DNA of 64,000 nucleotides from an uncultured Planctomycetales bacterium. GTDB lineage: Bacteria > Omnitrophota > Gorgyraeia > Gygaellales > Profunditerraquicolaceae. The position numbers and the translations under genes were made by a program. The notes under the pieces were generated by a model that saw nothing but the letters and a program-made list of their open reading frames with translations, searched no databases and was not told the origin of the DNA. The stretch is taken from positions 157,907-221,906 of the forward strand of contig CAZOGI010000001.1 of assembly GCA_964579435.1 (NCBI GenBank), written 5' to 3'. Positions 45,256 through 56,290 of the stretch are shown here, piece after piece (the first letter of the stretch is position 1; each line of letters begins with the position of its first letter).

Positions 45256-45393
45256 TTAAGCCGCCAGGCGCTTTCTGCCCTTTTTCCGACGACGGGCGAT
45301 CAATTGCCTCCCGGTGCGCGTGCTCATCCTCGCCCGAAAACCATGCTTGCGTTTTGCGACGATCTTGGTCGGCGTCTTCAGATTTTTTTTCAT
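45256..45393 (-). CDS. rpmH: 50S ribosomal protein L34 (45 aa)
   Basis: Hand translation gives [56 protein letters not shown] lies upstream. It is below the ORF-track cutoff. The stop TAA abuts the yidD ATG. Confidence 0.9.
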   Translation of the reverse strand: MKKNLKTPTKIVAKRKHGFRARMSTRTGRQLIARRRKKGRKRLAA

Positions 45394-45566
45394 TTTGCTC
45401 TCCCTCGGTAAGTGGCAACTCCGTCGAATTGGGATAAATTATAACACATTGTTATCTCAAGTCAACACTAAATGTTTCGACTCTAGAAAAATCTGCAAAG
45501 CAAAACCCCGATGGGATTTTCTCGGGCGGCGCAAAACACAGAAGGGACTGTCGTTTCAATTTTATG

Positions 45567-45594
45567 TTGACTTCCCGAAAAGGGGCTGTATAAT
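45567..45594 (+). promoter_or_regulatory. Candidate sigma70 promoter for dnaA
   Basis: TTGACT (45567-45572), a 16-nt spacer, then TATAAT (45589-45594), about 95 nt upstream of the dnaA ATG. Confidence 0.45.
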
Positions 45595-45639
45595 AATCAA
45601 ACGATTTTAAAATACCTGTCCTTTTTAGCCTGACAAAAT

Positions 45640-45690
45640 CTTTCCACAGAGTTATTCAGTTTGTTGATAAACTGTGGATTCTGTGCACAT
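45640..45690. promoter_or_regulatory. Cluster of three DnaA-box-like 9-mers
   Basis: CTTTCCACA (45640-45648), TGTGGATTC (45673-45681, reverse complement GAATCCACA) and palindromic TGTGCACA (45682-45689). Each matches TTATNCACA at 7/9. Confidence 0.35.
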
Positions 45691-47038
45691 GAACACACAA
45701 GACCTTTCTCTTATATGGAATACCGTCCGGGATACGCTGCGGGAAAAGCTCGGCGAGACGGTCTTTGAAACCTGGATAGCGCCCCTCCAGTGCAAAAACC
45801 AGTCGAAAGAGACGGTAACCATTGAAGCCCCCGATATATTTTTCTGCGAATGGATAGAGAAACACTACAAACTTGCTCTTTCACAAGCCTTCGGAAGCGT
45901 CACCAAAAGCCAACCTTCGGTCCTCCTGGAGGTAAGCGGGCAGACGCCACGACCGACCATCCCAGCGCCGGAAACCGCGCCGGCACCTCCAGAGAGCGCC
46001 TTCGAGCCGCATGAACGCGCCGGGCTGAACCCCCGCTATACATTCGACAATTTCGTGATCGGACCTTCCAACCGCCATGCACACGCCTATTCCCTCGCCG
46101 TCGCCGAATCCCCGGCAAAGTCGTACAACCCCCTTTTCATCTACGGGGGAGTGGGGTTGGGCAAAACGCACCTGATGCAGGCGATCTGCCACCACATCCG
46201 GCAAAAAAACGGGCCGCAGACAAAGATCTGCTATACCTCATCGGAAAAATTCATGAATGAGTTGATTTTGGCGATCAAGGACCGCTCGACGCACGAGTTC
46301 CGGCAAAAGTATCGCGGCCTTGACGTGCTCGTGATCGACGACGTACATTTCTTTGCCGGCCGGGAGGCAACCCAGGAAGAGTTCTTTCACACCTTCAACG
46401 CGCTCTACGACGAACACAAACAGATCATCATGTCTTCCGACCGTCCACCCCGGGAAATCGCCAACTTACAGGATCGCCTGGTATCTCGTTTCGGTTGGGG
46501 GCTGGCCACGGATATCCAGCCGCCCGACATGGAAACGCGCGTGGCGATACTCAAGAAAAAGATCGAGCGCGAACCCGTCCAGGTCCCCGACGATGTTTTG
46601 TTCTTTATCGCTCAACTTATCCGCACCAATATCCGCGAACTGGAAGGTGCCCTGGTCCGTACGATCGCGTATGCGCTGCTCGAAGAAGAGCCGATCACGC
46701 TGGGGTTGGCAAAACATGTTTTAAAGGATCTCCTCAAAGAACCCAAAAAATTGATCACTGTCGACTTTATTCAACGCTGTGTCGCCGAAGAATTCGGGAT
46801 ATCTCTCTACGACCTCAAAACGAAGCGCCGCACCCGCACCATTGTATTGCCGCGACAGATCGCCATGTATTTGAGCCGGGAGTTGACCGATTTATCTTTT
46901 CCGGAAATTGGCGGTTTTTTTGGGGGGAAAGACCATACGACGGTTTTGCATGCGTGTAACAAAATCAAGGAAGTGGTACGTACGGATGAGGTTTTACAAA
47001 GGCAAATTGAACACATTATCACGGTTATTAAACAATGA
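45689..47038 (+). CDS. dnaA: Chromosomal replication initiator DnaA
   Basis: Walker A GGVGLGKTHL, a box VII/sensor region, and the C-terminal DNA-binding domain (R..IVLPRQIAMYLSRELT..S.PEIG..FGGKDHTTVLHA). I prefer ATG 45689 over GTG 45674. Confidence 0.93.
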   Translation: MNTQDLSLIWNTVRDTLREKLGETVFETWIAPLQCKNQSKETVTIEAPDIFFCEWIEKHYKLALSQAFGSVTKSQPSVLLEVSGQTPRPTIPAPETAPAPPESAFEPHERAGLNPRYTFDNFVIGPSNRHAHAYSLAVAESPAKSYNPLFIYGGVGLGKTHLMQAICHHIRQKNGPQTKICYTSSEKFMNELILAIKDRSTHEFRQKYRGLDVLVIDDVHFFAGREATQEEFFHTFNALYDEHKQIIMSSDRPPREIANLQDRLVSRFGWGLATDIQPPDMETRVAILKKKIEREPVQVPDDVLFFIAQLIRTNIRELEGALVRTIAYALLEEEPITLGLAKHVLKDLLKEPKKLITVDFIQRCVAEEFGISLYDLKTKRRTRTIVLPRQIAMYLSRELTDLSFPEIGGFFGGKDHTTVLHACNKIKEVVRTDEVLQRQIEHIITVIKQ

Positions 47039-47047
47039 TTGCAGGGG

Positions 47048-47170
47048 GTATACACAGTCCTTTTTTGTGGTAACTTTTTTAATAGGTGTGAGATCGGAGG
47101 TTTTAAACAGGAATGTAACCGCATTACTATAATACGATTACTATTTTTTTAAAATTACTTATTAATAGTA
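47048..47170. other. Candidate oriC element: DnaA boxes plus an AT-rich unwinding region in the dnaA-dnaN spacer
   Basis: GTATACACA (47048-47056) matches at 8/9 and TGTGGTAAC (47066-47074) at 6/9. An AT-rich stretch then carries three ATTACTWAT repeats (47123-47130, 47137-47144, 47154-47162). Confidence 0.45.
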
Positions 47171-47185
47171 GAAAAGGAGTGGTTG

Positions 47186-48277
47186 ATGAAAATTAAGGCG
47201 AACAAAGAACAATTACTAACCGGAATTCAAACGGTATTAAATGTCATCAGTCCAAAATCTGCTTTACCAATTCTTTCTAATATACTCTTGGAGACGCAAA
47301 CCGATACACTGCGTTTAACCGCCACAGATCTTGATATTGGTATAAGCTGTGAAATAGCGGTGAATAACCAGGAGTCAGGGTCAATAACCGTTCCGGCCAA
47401 GCGATTTTATGAAATTATCCGGGAGTTGCCTGCGGATGAGGCAGTTATTACCTCGAAAAAGAATAATCAGGTCCATATAGAAACGACGACCTGTCAATTT
47501 AAAATTATGGGCCTGGCGCGGGAAGAATTCCCCCGACTCCCGGAATTTAAAGACCGCAATGTTGTTTCTTTGGATCAGGATTTAATGAAACACATGCTTC
47601 ACCTGACCGCTTTTGCCGTATCAAACGATGAGTCGCGGTATATCCTCAATGGGATCTTGGTGCAACTTTCAAAAAACACCGTGAGTATGGTGGCAACCGA
47701 CGGAAAGCGGCTGGCGGTGATTGAGCAAAAGACAAAGAAGGGGAGCGAAAAACCCATTTCTTTTATCGTTCCCAGCAAAACCATTCAGGAGCTCAACCGT
47801 AATTTGGGTGACACCGGGGAGGTATCGTTTATTTTGGGGAACAACCAGGTGCTGTTCGACCTGGGCAAGGTGATCATTATTTCCCGCCTCATAGAAGGGG
47901 AATTCCCCGATTATAAACAGGTTATGCCGCCGGCATCGGAGCAGAAGATTAAGGTGGATCGCGAGGCGCTTCTCTTGGCGGTACGCCGCGCGGCGCTCTT
48001 GTCGACGGTCGATTACCAGGCGGTGAAGTGGGAGGTGTTCAAGAATAAACTGGTTATTTCCAAGTCGACCCCGGATATCGGGGAGTCGCGGGAAGAGTTG
48101 GCCGTCGACTATGCCGGGAAGGAGATGATCATCGGTTTTAATCCGAATTATCTGACCGATGTTTTGAAGAATCTGCAGCATCAACTCGTCGAATTCGAGG
48201 TGACGGACAGCGAAAAACCGGGCGTGGTGCGGACCGACGGGTATACGTATATCGTTCTACCGATGCGTCTCGGATAG
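47186..48277 (+). CDS. dnaN: DNA polymerase III beta sliding clamp
   Basis: Three-domain clamp pattern (LSNILLE, ATDGKRLAV, GFNPNYL). SD GGAG lies 6 nt upstream of ATG 47186. Confidence 0.93.
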   Translation: MKIKANKEQLLTGIQTVLNVISPKSALPILSNILLETQTDTLRLTATDLDIGISCEIAVNNQESGSITVPAKRFYEIIRELPADEAVITSKKNNQVHIETTTCQFKIMGLAREEFPRLPEFKDRNVVSLDQDLMKHMLHLTAFAVSNDESRYILNGILVQLSKNTVSMVATDGKRLAVIEQKTKKGSEKPISFIVPSKTIQELNRNLGDTGEVSFILGNNQVLFDLGKVIIISRLIEGEFPDYKQVMPPASEQKIKVDREALLLAVRRAALLSTVDYQAVKWEVFKNKLVISKSTPDIGESREELAVDYAGKEMIIGFNPNYLTDVLKNLQHQLVEFEVTDSEKPGVVRTDGYTYIVLPMRLG

Positions 48278-48285
48278 GGCGTCGC

Positions 48286-51025
<2,740 letters not shown>

Positions 51026-51028
51026 CCC

Positions 51029-53461
51029 ATGTATACACGCAACGAGAAGACCGTTCCGGTTTATATCGAAGACGAGGTTAAGGATTCGTATTTGAATTAT
51101 GCCATGAGCGTCATCGTGGGGCGCGCATTGCCCGATGTACGCGACGGCCTCAAGCCGGTCCACCGCCGGATTCTCTTTGCGATGCAGGACCTGGGGCTGG
51201 AGCACTCCAAGCCCTACAAGAAATGCGCCCGCATCGTCGGTGAAGTGCTGGGCAAGTACCACCCGCACGGCGATGTTGCCGTGTACGATACCCTGGTGCG
51301 GCTCGCCCAGGATTTCTCCCTGCGCTATCCGCTCGTGGAAGGGCAGGGGAACTTCGGCTCACTCGACGGAGACGCGGCCGCGGCGATGCGCTATACCGAG
51401 GCGCGCCTGGCGGCGATCGCCGACGAAATGCTGGGGGATATCGATAAAGAGACGGTGAATTTCGGGCCGAACTTCGATGCCTCCCTGAAAGAGCCGCTCC
51501 TGCTTCCGGCCGCCCTGCCCAATCTCCTGGTCAACGGCTCCAGCGGTATTGCCGTCGGGATGGCCACCAACATCCCTCCCCACAACCTCAACGAAGTTGC
51601 GGAGGCGGTCGTCCATCTCCTGGACCATCCTGAAGCCGACGTCAAAGAGCTGATGCGTCTCCTTAAGGGGCCTGATTTTCCGACGGGCGGCATTATCTGC
51701 GGCAAGGAGGGTATCCGCGACGCCTACACCACCGGCAGGGGAAAGCTGACGGTCCGCGCGCGCGCGACGGTTGAGCATCAGAAGAACGGCAAAGACCTGA
51801 TCGTGGTCACCGAAATTCCGTACCAGGTTCAGAAGTCCTCGATCATCGAGGCGATCGCGCAACTGGTGGATGACAAGAAGGTCGAAGGCATATCCGACCT
51901 GCGGGATGAGTCGGATAAGGACGGCATGCGCATCGTCGTGGAGCTCAAGCGCGACGTCGACTCCCAAATCGTGCTCAACCAGCTTTTCAAGCACACCCAG
52001 CTGGAGACGACGTTCGGCATTATCCTCCTGGCGCTGGTCGATAACCGCCCGCGGGTGCTGACCGTGCGCCAGATCCTGGAGCATTATATCGCGCACCGCA
52101 AGGTCATTATCCGCCGGCGCACGCAGTTTGAGCTCGACAAGGCGCTGCGGCGAGCGCATATCTTGGAGGGTCTCAAGATCGCCCTTCAGTTTATCGACCG
52201 CATCATTAAGACGATCAAGACCTCCAAAAATACGGAAGAGGCGCGGGTGCGGCTGATGAAGGAGTTCGGGCTCTCCGAGATTCAAGCCCAGGCGATCCTG
52301 GAGATGCAATTGCAGCGTCTGACCGCGCTTGAGCGCGACAAAATAGACGCGGAGTACGCGGAACTCCTGAAGAAGATCGAGTGGTGCCGCGCGATTTTGG
52401 CTTCGGAGAAGCGGGTTGAGGGCATCATTAAGGAAGAGCTGGAGAATCTGAAGAAAAAGTACGGCGACCAGCGCCGCACCGACATCGTCGCAGCGGTGGC
52501 CGATCTGGAGATCGAGGATTTGATCGCCGAGGAAGACGTCGTCGTGACCATCAGCCACGGCGGCTACATCAAGCGCCTGCCGGTCAGTTCCTACCGCAAA
52601 CAGAAACGGGGCGGGCGGGGGGTGATGGGGGCAGAGGTGCGGGACGAGGATTTTGTCGAGCACCTGTTTGTGGCCTCGACCAAGGATTACCTGTTGATCT
52701 TTACCGACAAAGGCAAGGTGCATTGGCTGAAGGTGTACGAGATCCCCCAGGCGGCTCGCGCCTCCAAGGGCAAGGCGATCGTGAATCTGGTCGCCATGGA
52801 GGCCGGGGCCAAGATCAGCTCGACGATCCCGGTGAAGGAGTTCGCGCAAGACCGGTTTCTGGTCATGGTGACCCGTCAGGGGCTGGTCAAAAAGACGCAG
52901 TTGTCGGCGTACAGCAATCCCCGCAAAGGCGGGATCATCAGCATGACCCTGGAGGCGGATGACGAATTGATCGGCGTGCAGCTGACCGACGGCCAGCAGG
53001 AGCTTTTGATCGGGACCGCCCAGGGCAAGGCCATTCATTTCCCCGAGGCGAAGGTGCGCGATATGGGCCGCGGGGCACGCGGGGTGCGCGCGATTTCGCT
53101 GGAAAAGAAAGACGCGGTTATCGACCTGGTCCTGGCCCAGCCGCAGACGACGATCCTGACGGTGACCGATCTGGGGTTTGCCAAACGAACTCCCGTCGAG
53201 GAGTACCGGTTGACGAGCCGCGGCGGCAAGGGTATCATCAACCTGCGCGTGACCGATAAGAACGGGAACGCCGTAAGCCTCAAGACCGTCTCCGATAAAG
53301 ACGAGTTGATGGTCATCACCCAGAACGGTATTTTCCTGCGCTGTGCCGTCAAGGATATTCGAACCACCGGCCGTTCCTCGTTAGGGGTGCGCCTGATTAA
53401 GCTGCAAGACAAAGACCGCGTTTCCTGTATTGCGCCGGTTATCGCGGAAGACGAAGAATAG
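51029..53461 (+). CDS. gyrA: DNA gyrase subunit A
   Basis: [16 protein letters not shown], the AAMRYTE active-site Tyr context, and C-terminal beta-pinwheel repeats. Confidence 0.95.
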   Translation: MYTRNEKTVPVYIEDEVKDSYLNYAMSVIVGRALPDVRDGLKPVHRRILFAMQDLGLEHSKPYKKCARIVGEVLGKYHPHGDVAVYDTLVRLAQDFSLRYPLVEGQGNFGSLDGDAAAAMRYTEARLAAIADEMLGDIDKETVNFGPNFDASLKEPLLLPAALPNLLVNGSSGIAVGMATNIPPHNLNEVAEAVVHLLDHPEADVKELMRLLKGPDFPTGGIICGKEGIRDAYTTGRGKLTVRARATVEHQKNGKDLIVVTEIPYQVQKSSIIEAIAQLVDDKKVEGISDLRDESDKDGMRIVVELKRDVDSQIVLNQLFKHTQLETTFGIILLALVDNRPRVLTVRQILEHYIAHRKVIIRRRTQFELDKALRRAHILEGLKIALQFIDRIIKTIKTSKNTEEARVRLMKEFGLSEIQAQAILEMQLQRLTALERDKIDAEYAELLKKIEWCRAILASEKRVEGIIKEELENLKKKYGDQRRTDIVAAVADLEIEDLIAEEDVVVTISHGGYIKRLPVSSYRKQKRGGRGVMGAEVRDEDFVEHLFVASTKDYLLIFTDKGKVHWLKVYEIPQAARASKGKAIVNLVAMEAGAKISSTIPVKEFAQDRFLVMVTRQGLVKKTQLSAYSNPRKGGIISMTLEADDELIGVQLTDGQQELLIGTAQGKAIHFPEAKVRDMGRGARGVRAISLEKKDAVIDLVLAQPQTTILTVTDLGFAKRTPVEEYRLTSRGGKGIINLRVTDKNGNAVSLKTVSDKDELMVITQNGIFLRCAVKDIRTTGRSSLGVRLIKLQDKDRVSCIAPVIAEDEE

Positions 53462-53466
53462 ATCGC

Positions 53467-53541
53467 GTCCCCATCGTCTAGCCTGGTCTAGGACAAGAGC
53501 TTTTCAAGCTCTCGACCGGGGTTCAAATCCCCGTGGGGACA
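53467..53541 (+). tRNA. tRNA-Glu (TTC), no encoded CCA
   Basis: GTCCCCA/TGGGGAC acceptor, anticodon stem AGAGC/GCTCT, loop TTTTCAA, T-arm CGGGG-TTCAAAT-CCCCG. Confidence 0.9.
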
Positions 53542-53590
53542 GGAATTGTTTTGCCGCCGGCCCGGCATTCTGGCCAAGAAAGGTGTTGGC

Positions 53591-55429
53591 GTGTGCGGAA
53601 TAATCGGATATAGCGGGAAACGCCCTGCTCAGCCGATACTCCTCAGCGGGCTGAAGCGGCTTGAATACCGCGGGTACGATTCAAGCGGCATGGCGCTGGT
53701 GACGCCGCTGCCGGCGCCGCACATCTGCATGCGCAAGGCCGCAGGTAAAATCGCCGCACTGGAAGAGGCGCTGCACAAAAAACCGCTCCACGGCACCGCC
53801 GGGATAGCCCACACCCGCTGGGCAACCCACGGTGCGCCGACGTACGCCAACGCCCATCCCCACGCCGATTGTTCCGGATCCCTCGCCCTGGTCCATAACG
53901 GCATCATCGAGAATCACGAAGAGCTGAAGGCGCGCCTGATCAAGGCCGGGCACCGTTTCACCAGCCAGACCGATACGGAAGTGATCGCGCATCTCATCGA
54001 ATCGTTCTACGCTCCCCGGGTCTGCCTCGCCGAGGCGGTACGCAAGGCAAGCCTGCTTTTGCACGGGTCGTTTGCCCTGGGGGTTATCTCGGCGCGCGAG
54101 CCCGGGGTTATCGTCGGGATGCGTGCGGGCAGTCCGTTGATCGTCGGCGTCGGCAAGGGGGAGAATTTTATCGCCTCCGACGTGCCGGCGGTGTTAGAGG
54201 CGACGCGGGAGATTATTTTTCTGGAAGAGAACGAATCGGTGGTCTTGACGGCTCAGGAGATCCGCATCTGCGAGCGCACGGGCAAACCGCTGCGTAAGCG
54301 CACGACCCGGATCGACTGGAACAGCGCGCAGGCCCAGAAGGGCGGGTACCGCCATTTCATGCTCAAGGAGATAAACGAGCAGCCCCGGATCCTTTCCGAT
54401 CTCATTCGCCTGCATTGCGCAAAACGCGGCGTTGTCTTTGAGCGGCTCAATATCGCCGAGTCGCGCTTGCGCTCGATCCGCTCAATTGCCATCGTTGCCT
54501 GCGGCACGGCGTATCATGCGGGTGTCGTCGGGAAGTATGCCCTCGAGTCGCTCTGTCGGCTGCCGACGGCGGTCGATGTATCGAGCGAGTTCCGCTATCG
54601 AACGCTCCTGATTGGCCCGCAGACACTCGTCCTGGCGGTCTCCCAGTCGGGAGAAACGGCTGATACGCTGGCGGGGGTCAGGGAGGCCAAGCGGCTCGGG
54701 GCGCCGGTTGTCGCCATCTGTAACGTCCTGGGCTCGACCCTGACGCGCGAAGCCGACGGGGTAATTTATACTCACGCCGGCCCCGAGATCGGCGTCGCAT
54801 CGACGAAGGCCTATACCGCTCAGCTTGTCGCGTTTTATCTGTTCACGCTCTACCTGGCGCACCTGCGCGGCGGCATGCGCGCTTCCCGGATGGCGCTGCT
54901 TTTGCAGAAGCTCCGGCAGATACCGGAGCTGCAGCGGCACATCCTTAAGGATCAGGAGCGCATCGCCCGCCTGGCGCGCAGCCATTCGCACTTCGGGTCA
55001 TTCCTTTTCCTGGGGCGCAACATCAATTTCCCCTCTGCCCTCGAGGGCGCCCTGAAGCTTAAGGAGATATCCTACATCCCCGCGGAAGGGTATGCGGCCG
55101 GGGAGATGAAGCACGGGCCGATCGCGCTGATTGACGAATACCGTGCCGTTGTCTGCATTGCCCCCGCAGCAGAAACGTACGAAAAGATGATCTCCAATAT
55201 CCAGGAAATTCGCAGCCGTAAAGGCAAGATCATTGCCATTGCCACTGCCCGCGACACGGCGATCACCGCCCTTACCGAGGAGATCATTTCCCTCCCCGCA
55301 ACCGAAGAGCTTTTTTCGCCGCTGCTGGTGGCGCTTCCGCTGCAGCTGTTGGCGTACCATATCGCCGTGAAGCGCGGCTGCGATGTCGACCAGCCGCGTA
55401 ATCTTGCCAAGTCAGTTACCGTCGAATAA
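53591..55429 (+). CDS. glmS: Glutamine--fructose-6-phosphate aminotransferase
   Basis: The GTG start at 53591 gives (M)CGIIGY with the N-terminal nucleophile Cys. There are two SIS domains and a C-terminal NLAKSVTVE. Confidence 0.93.
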   Translation: MCGIIGYSGKRPAQPILLSGLKRLEYRGYDSSGMALVTPLPAPHICMRKAAGKIAALEEALHKKPLHGTAGIAHTRWATHGAPTYANAHPHADCSGSLALVHNGIIENHEELKARLIKAGHRFTSQTDTEVIAHLIESFYAPRVCLAEAVRKASLLLHGSFALGVISAREPGVIVGMRAGSPLIVGVGKGENFIASDVPAVLEATREIIFLEENESVVLTAQEIRICERTGKPLRKRTTRIDWNSAQAQKGGYRHFMLKEINEQPRILSDLIRLHCAKRGVVFERLNIAESRLRSIRSIAIVACGTAYHAGVVGKYALESLCRLPTAVDVSSEFRYRTLLIGPQTLVLAVSQSGETADTLAGVREAKRLGAPVVAICNVLGSTLTREADGVIYTHAGPEIGVASTKAYTAQLVAFYLFTLYLAHLRGGMRASRMALLLQKLRQIPELQRHILKDQERIARLARSHSHFGSFLFLGRNINFPSALEGALKLKEISYIPAEGYAAGEMKHGPIALIDEYRAVVCIAPAAETYEKMISNIQEIRSRKGKIIAIATARDTAITALTEEIISLPATEELFSPLLVALPLQLLAYHIAVKRGCDVDQPRNLAKSVTVE

Positions 55430-55440
55430 GGCCCGTCGAG

Positions 55441-56097
55441 ATGCTGTATATCGTCTCCACCCCCATAGGCAACCTGAAGGATCTTTCCCTGCGCGCGCAG
55501 TCGGTTTTGCGAGCGGTGTTCCTGATCGCCTGTGAGGATACCCGCCACAGCCGGATCCTGCTGGAGGAATACGGTATCACGACGCCGACGACGAGTTATT
55601 TTCAGCACAACCGTTTCTCCAAGGGCGCGTATCTGCTGGATCTCTTAAAAGGGGGGAAGGATATCGCCCTGATCGCAGACGCCGGTACCCCGGGGATTCT
55701 CGATCCCGGATACCATCTGATCAATCTGGCGATCGACGCAGGCATTCCGGTAACGGCGATCCCCGGGCCGGTGGCATTGATCTGCGCGCTCGTGCTCTCC
55801 GGAAAACCGGCGCACCGTTTCTTGTTTGAAGGGTTCCTGCCGGTCAAGCAGGCAGCGCGGCGCAACCGGCTGATCGCGCTCAAAGGCATGGATACCACCA
55901 TCGTCTGTTACGAATCCTGCCACCGGATCCTCAAGACCCTCGATGACCTGGCGGCGGTATTTCCCGACCGCACGCTCGTCCTCTGCCGCGAGCTCACCAA
56001 GAAGTTCGAGGAAGTGCTGCGCGCAAAACCGCAGGAACTTTCCCGCCTCCTTCGGGAACGGCCGCGCCCCAAGGGAGAGTTTGTTCTGGTCATTTAA
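55441..56097 (+). CDS. rsmI: 16S rRNA (cytidine1402-2'-O)-methyltransferase
   Basis: LYIVSTPIGNLKDLSLRA, CEDTRHS and ADAGTPGILDPG. Confidence 0.9.
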   Translation: MLYIVSTPIGNLKDLSLRAQSVLRAVFLIACEDTRHSRILLEEYGITTPTTSYFQHNRFSKGAYLLDLLKGGKDIALIADAGTPGILDPGYHLINLAIDAGIPVTAIPGPVALICALVLSGKPAHRFLFEGFLPVKQAARRNRLIALKGMDTTIVCYESCHRILKTLDDLAAVFPDRTLVLCRELTKKFEEVLRAKPQELSRLLRERPRPKGEFVLVI

Positions 56098-56290
56098 GCG
56101 CCAGAAACCGTTTTCGTTTTGCCGCCGTCGAGCCCTTGCATTTGCGCCTTCCCCGAGATACATTTTAAGTGCCATTTATACGGGTTGTTTTAGACAATGA
56201 TTCCTTCCGGCGTGGAGGGCGCCGGAGGGGGAGCCGGTTTGTGCCGGATCTGCCTTATGCAAAGGGTCAGGTCCGGCTTTCTTTTTGCCT

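Noticed and set aside
45053-45418. A 121-aa minus-strand ORF lying exactly where rnpA would be expected.
   Set aside because: It is out of frame over both rpmH (45256-45393) and yidD (45040-45255), which are clearly real. Its translation has no RnpA-like basic motif pattern.
53542-53590. A possible glmS ribozyme or leader upstream of glmS.
   Set aside because: Only about 49 nt separate tRNA-Glu from the glmS GTG start, which is far too short for the ~170-nt ribozyme. No conserved core sequence was seen.
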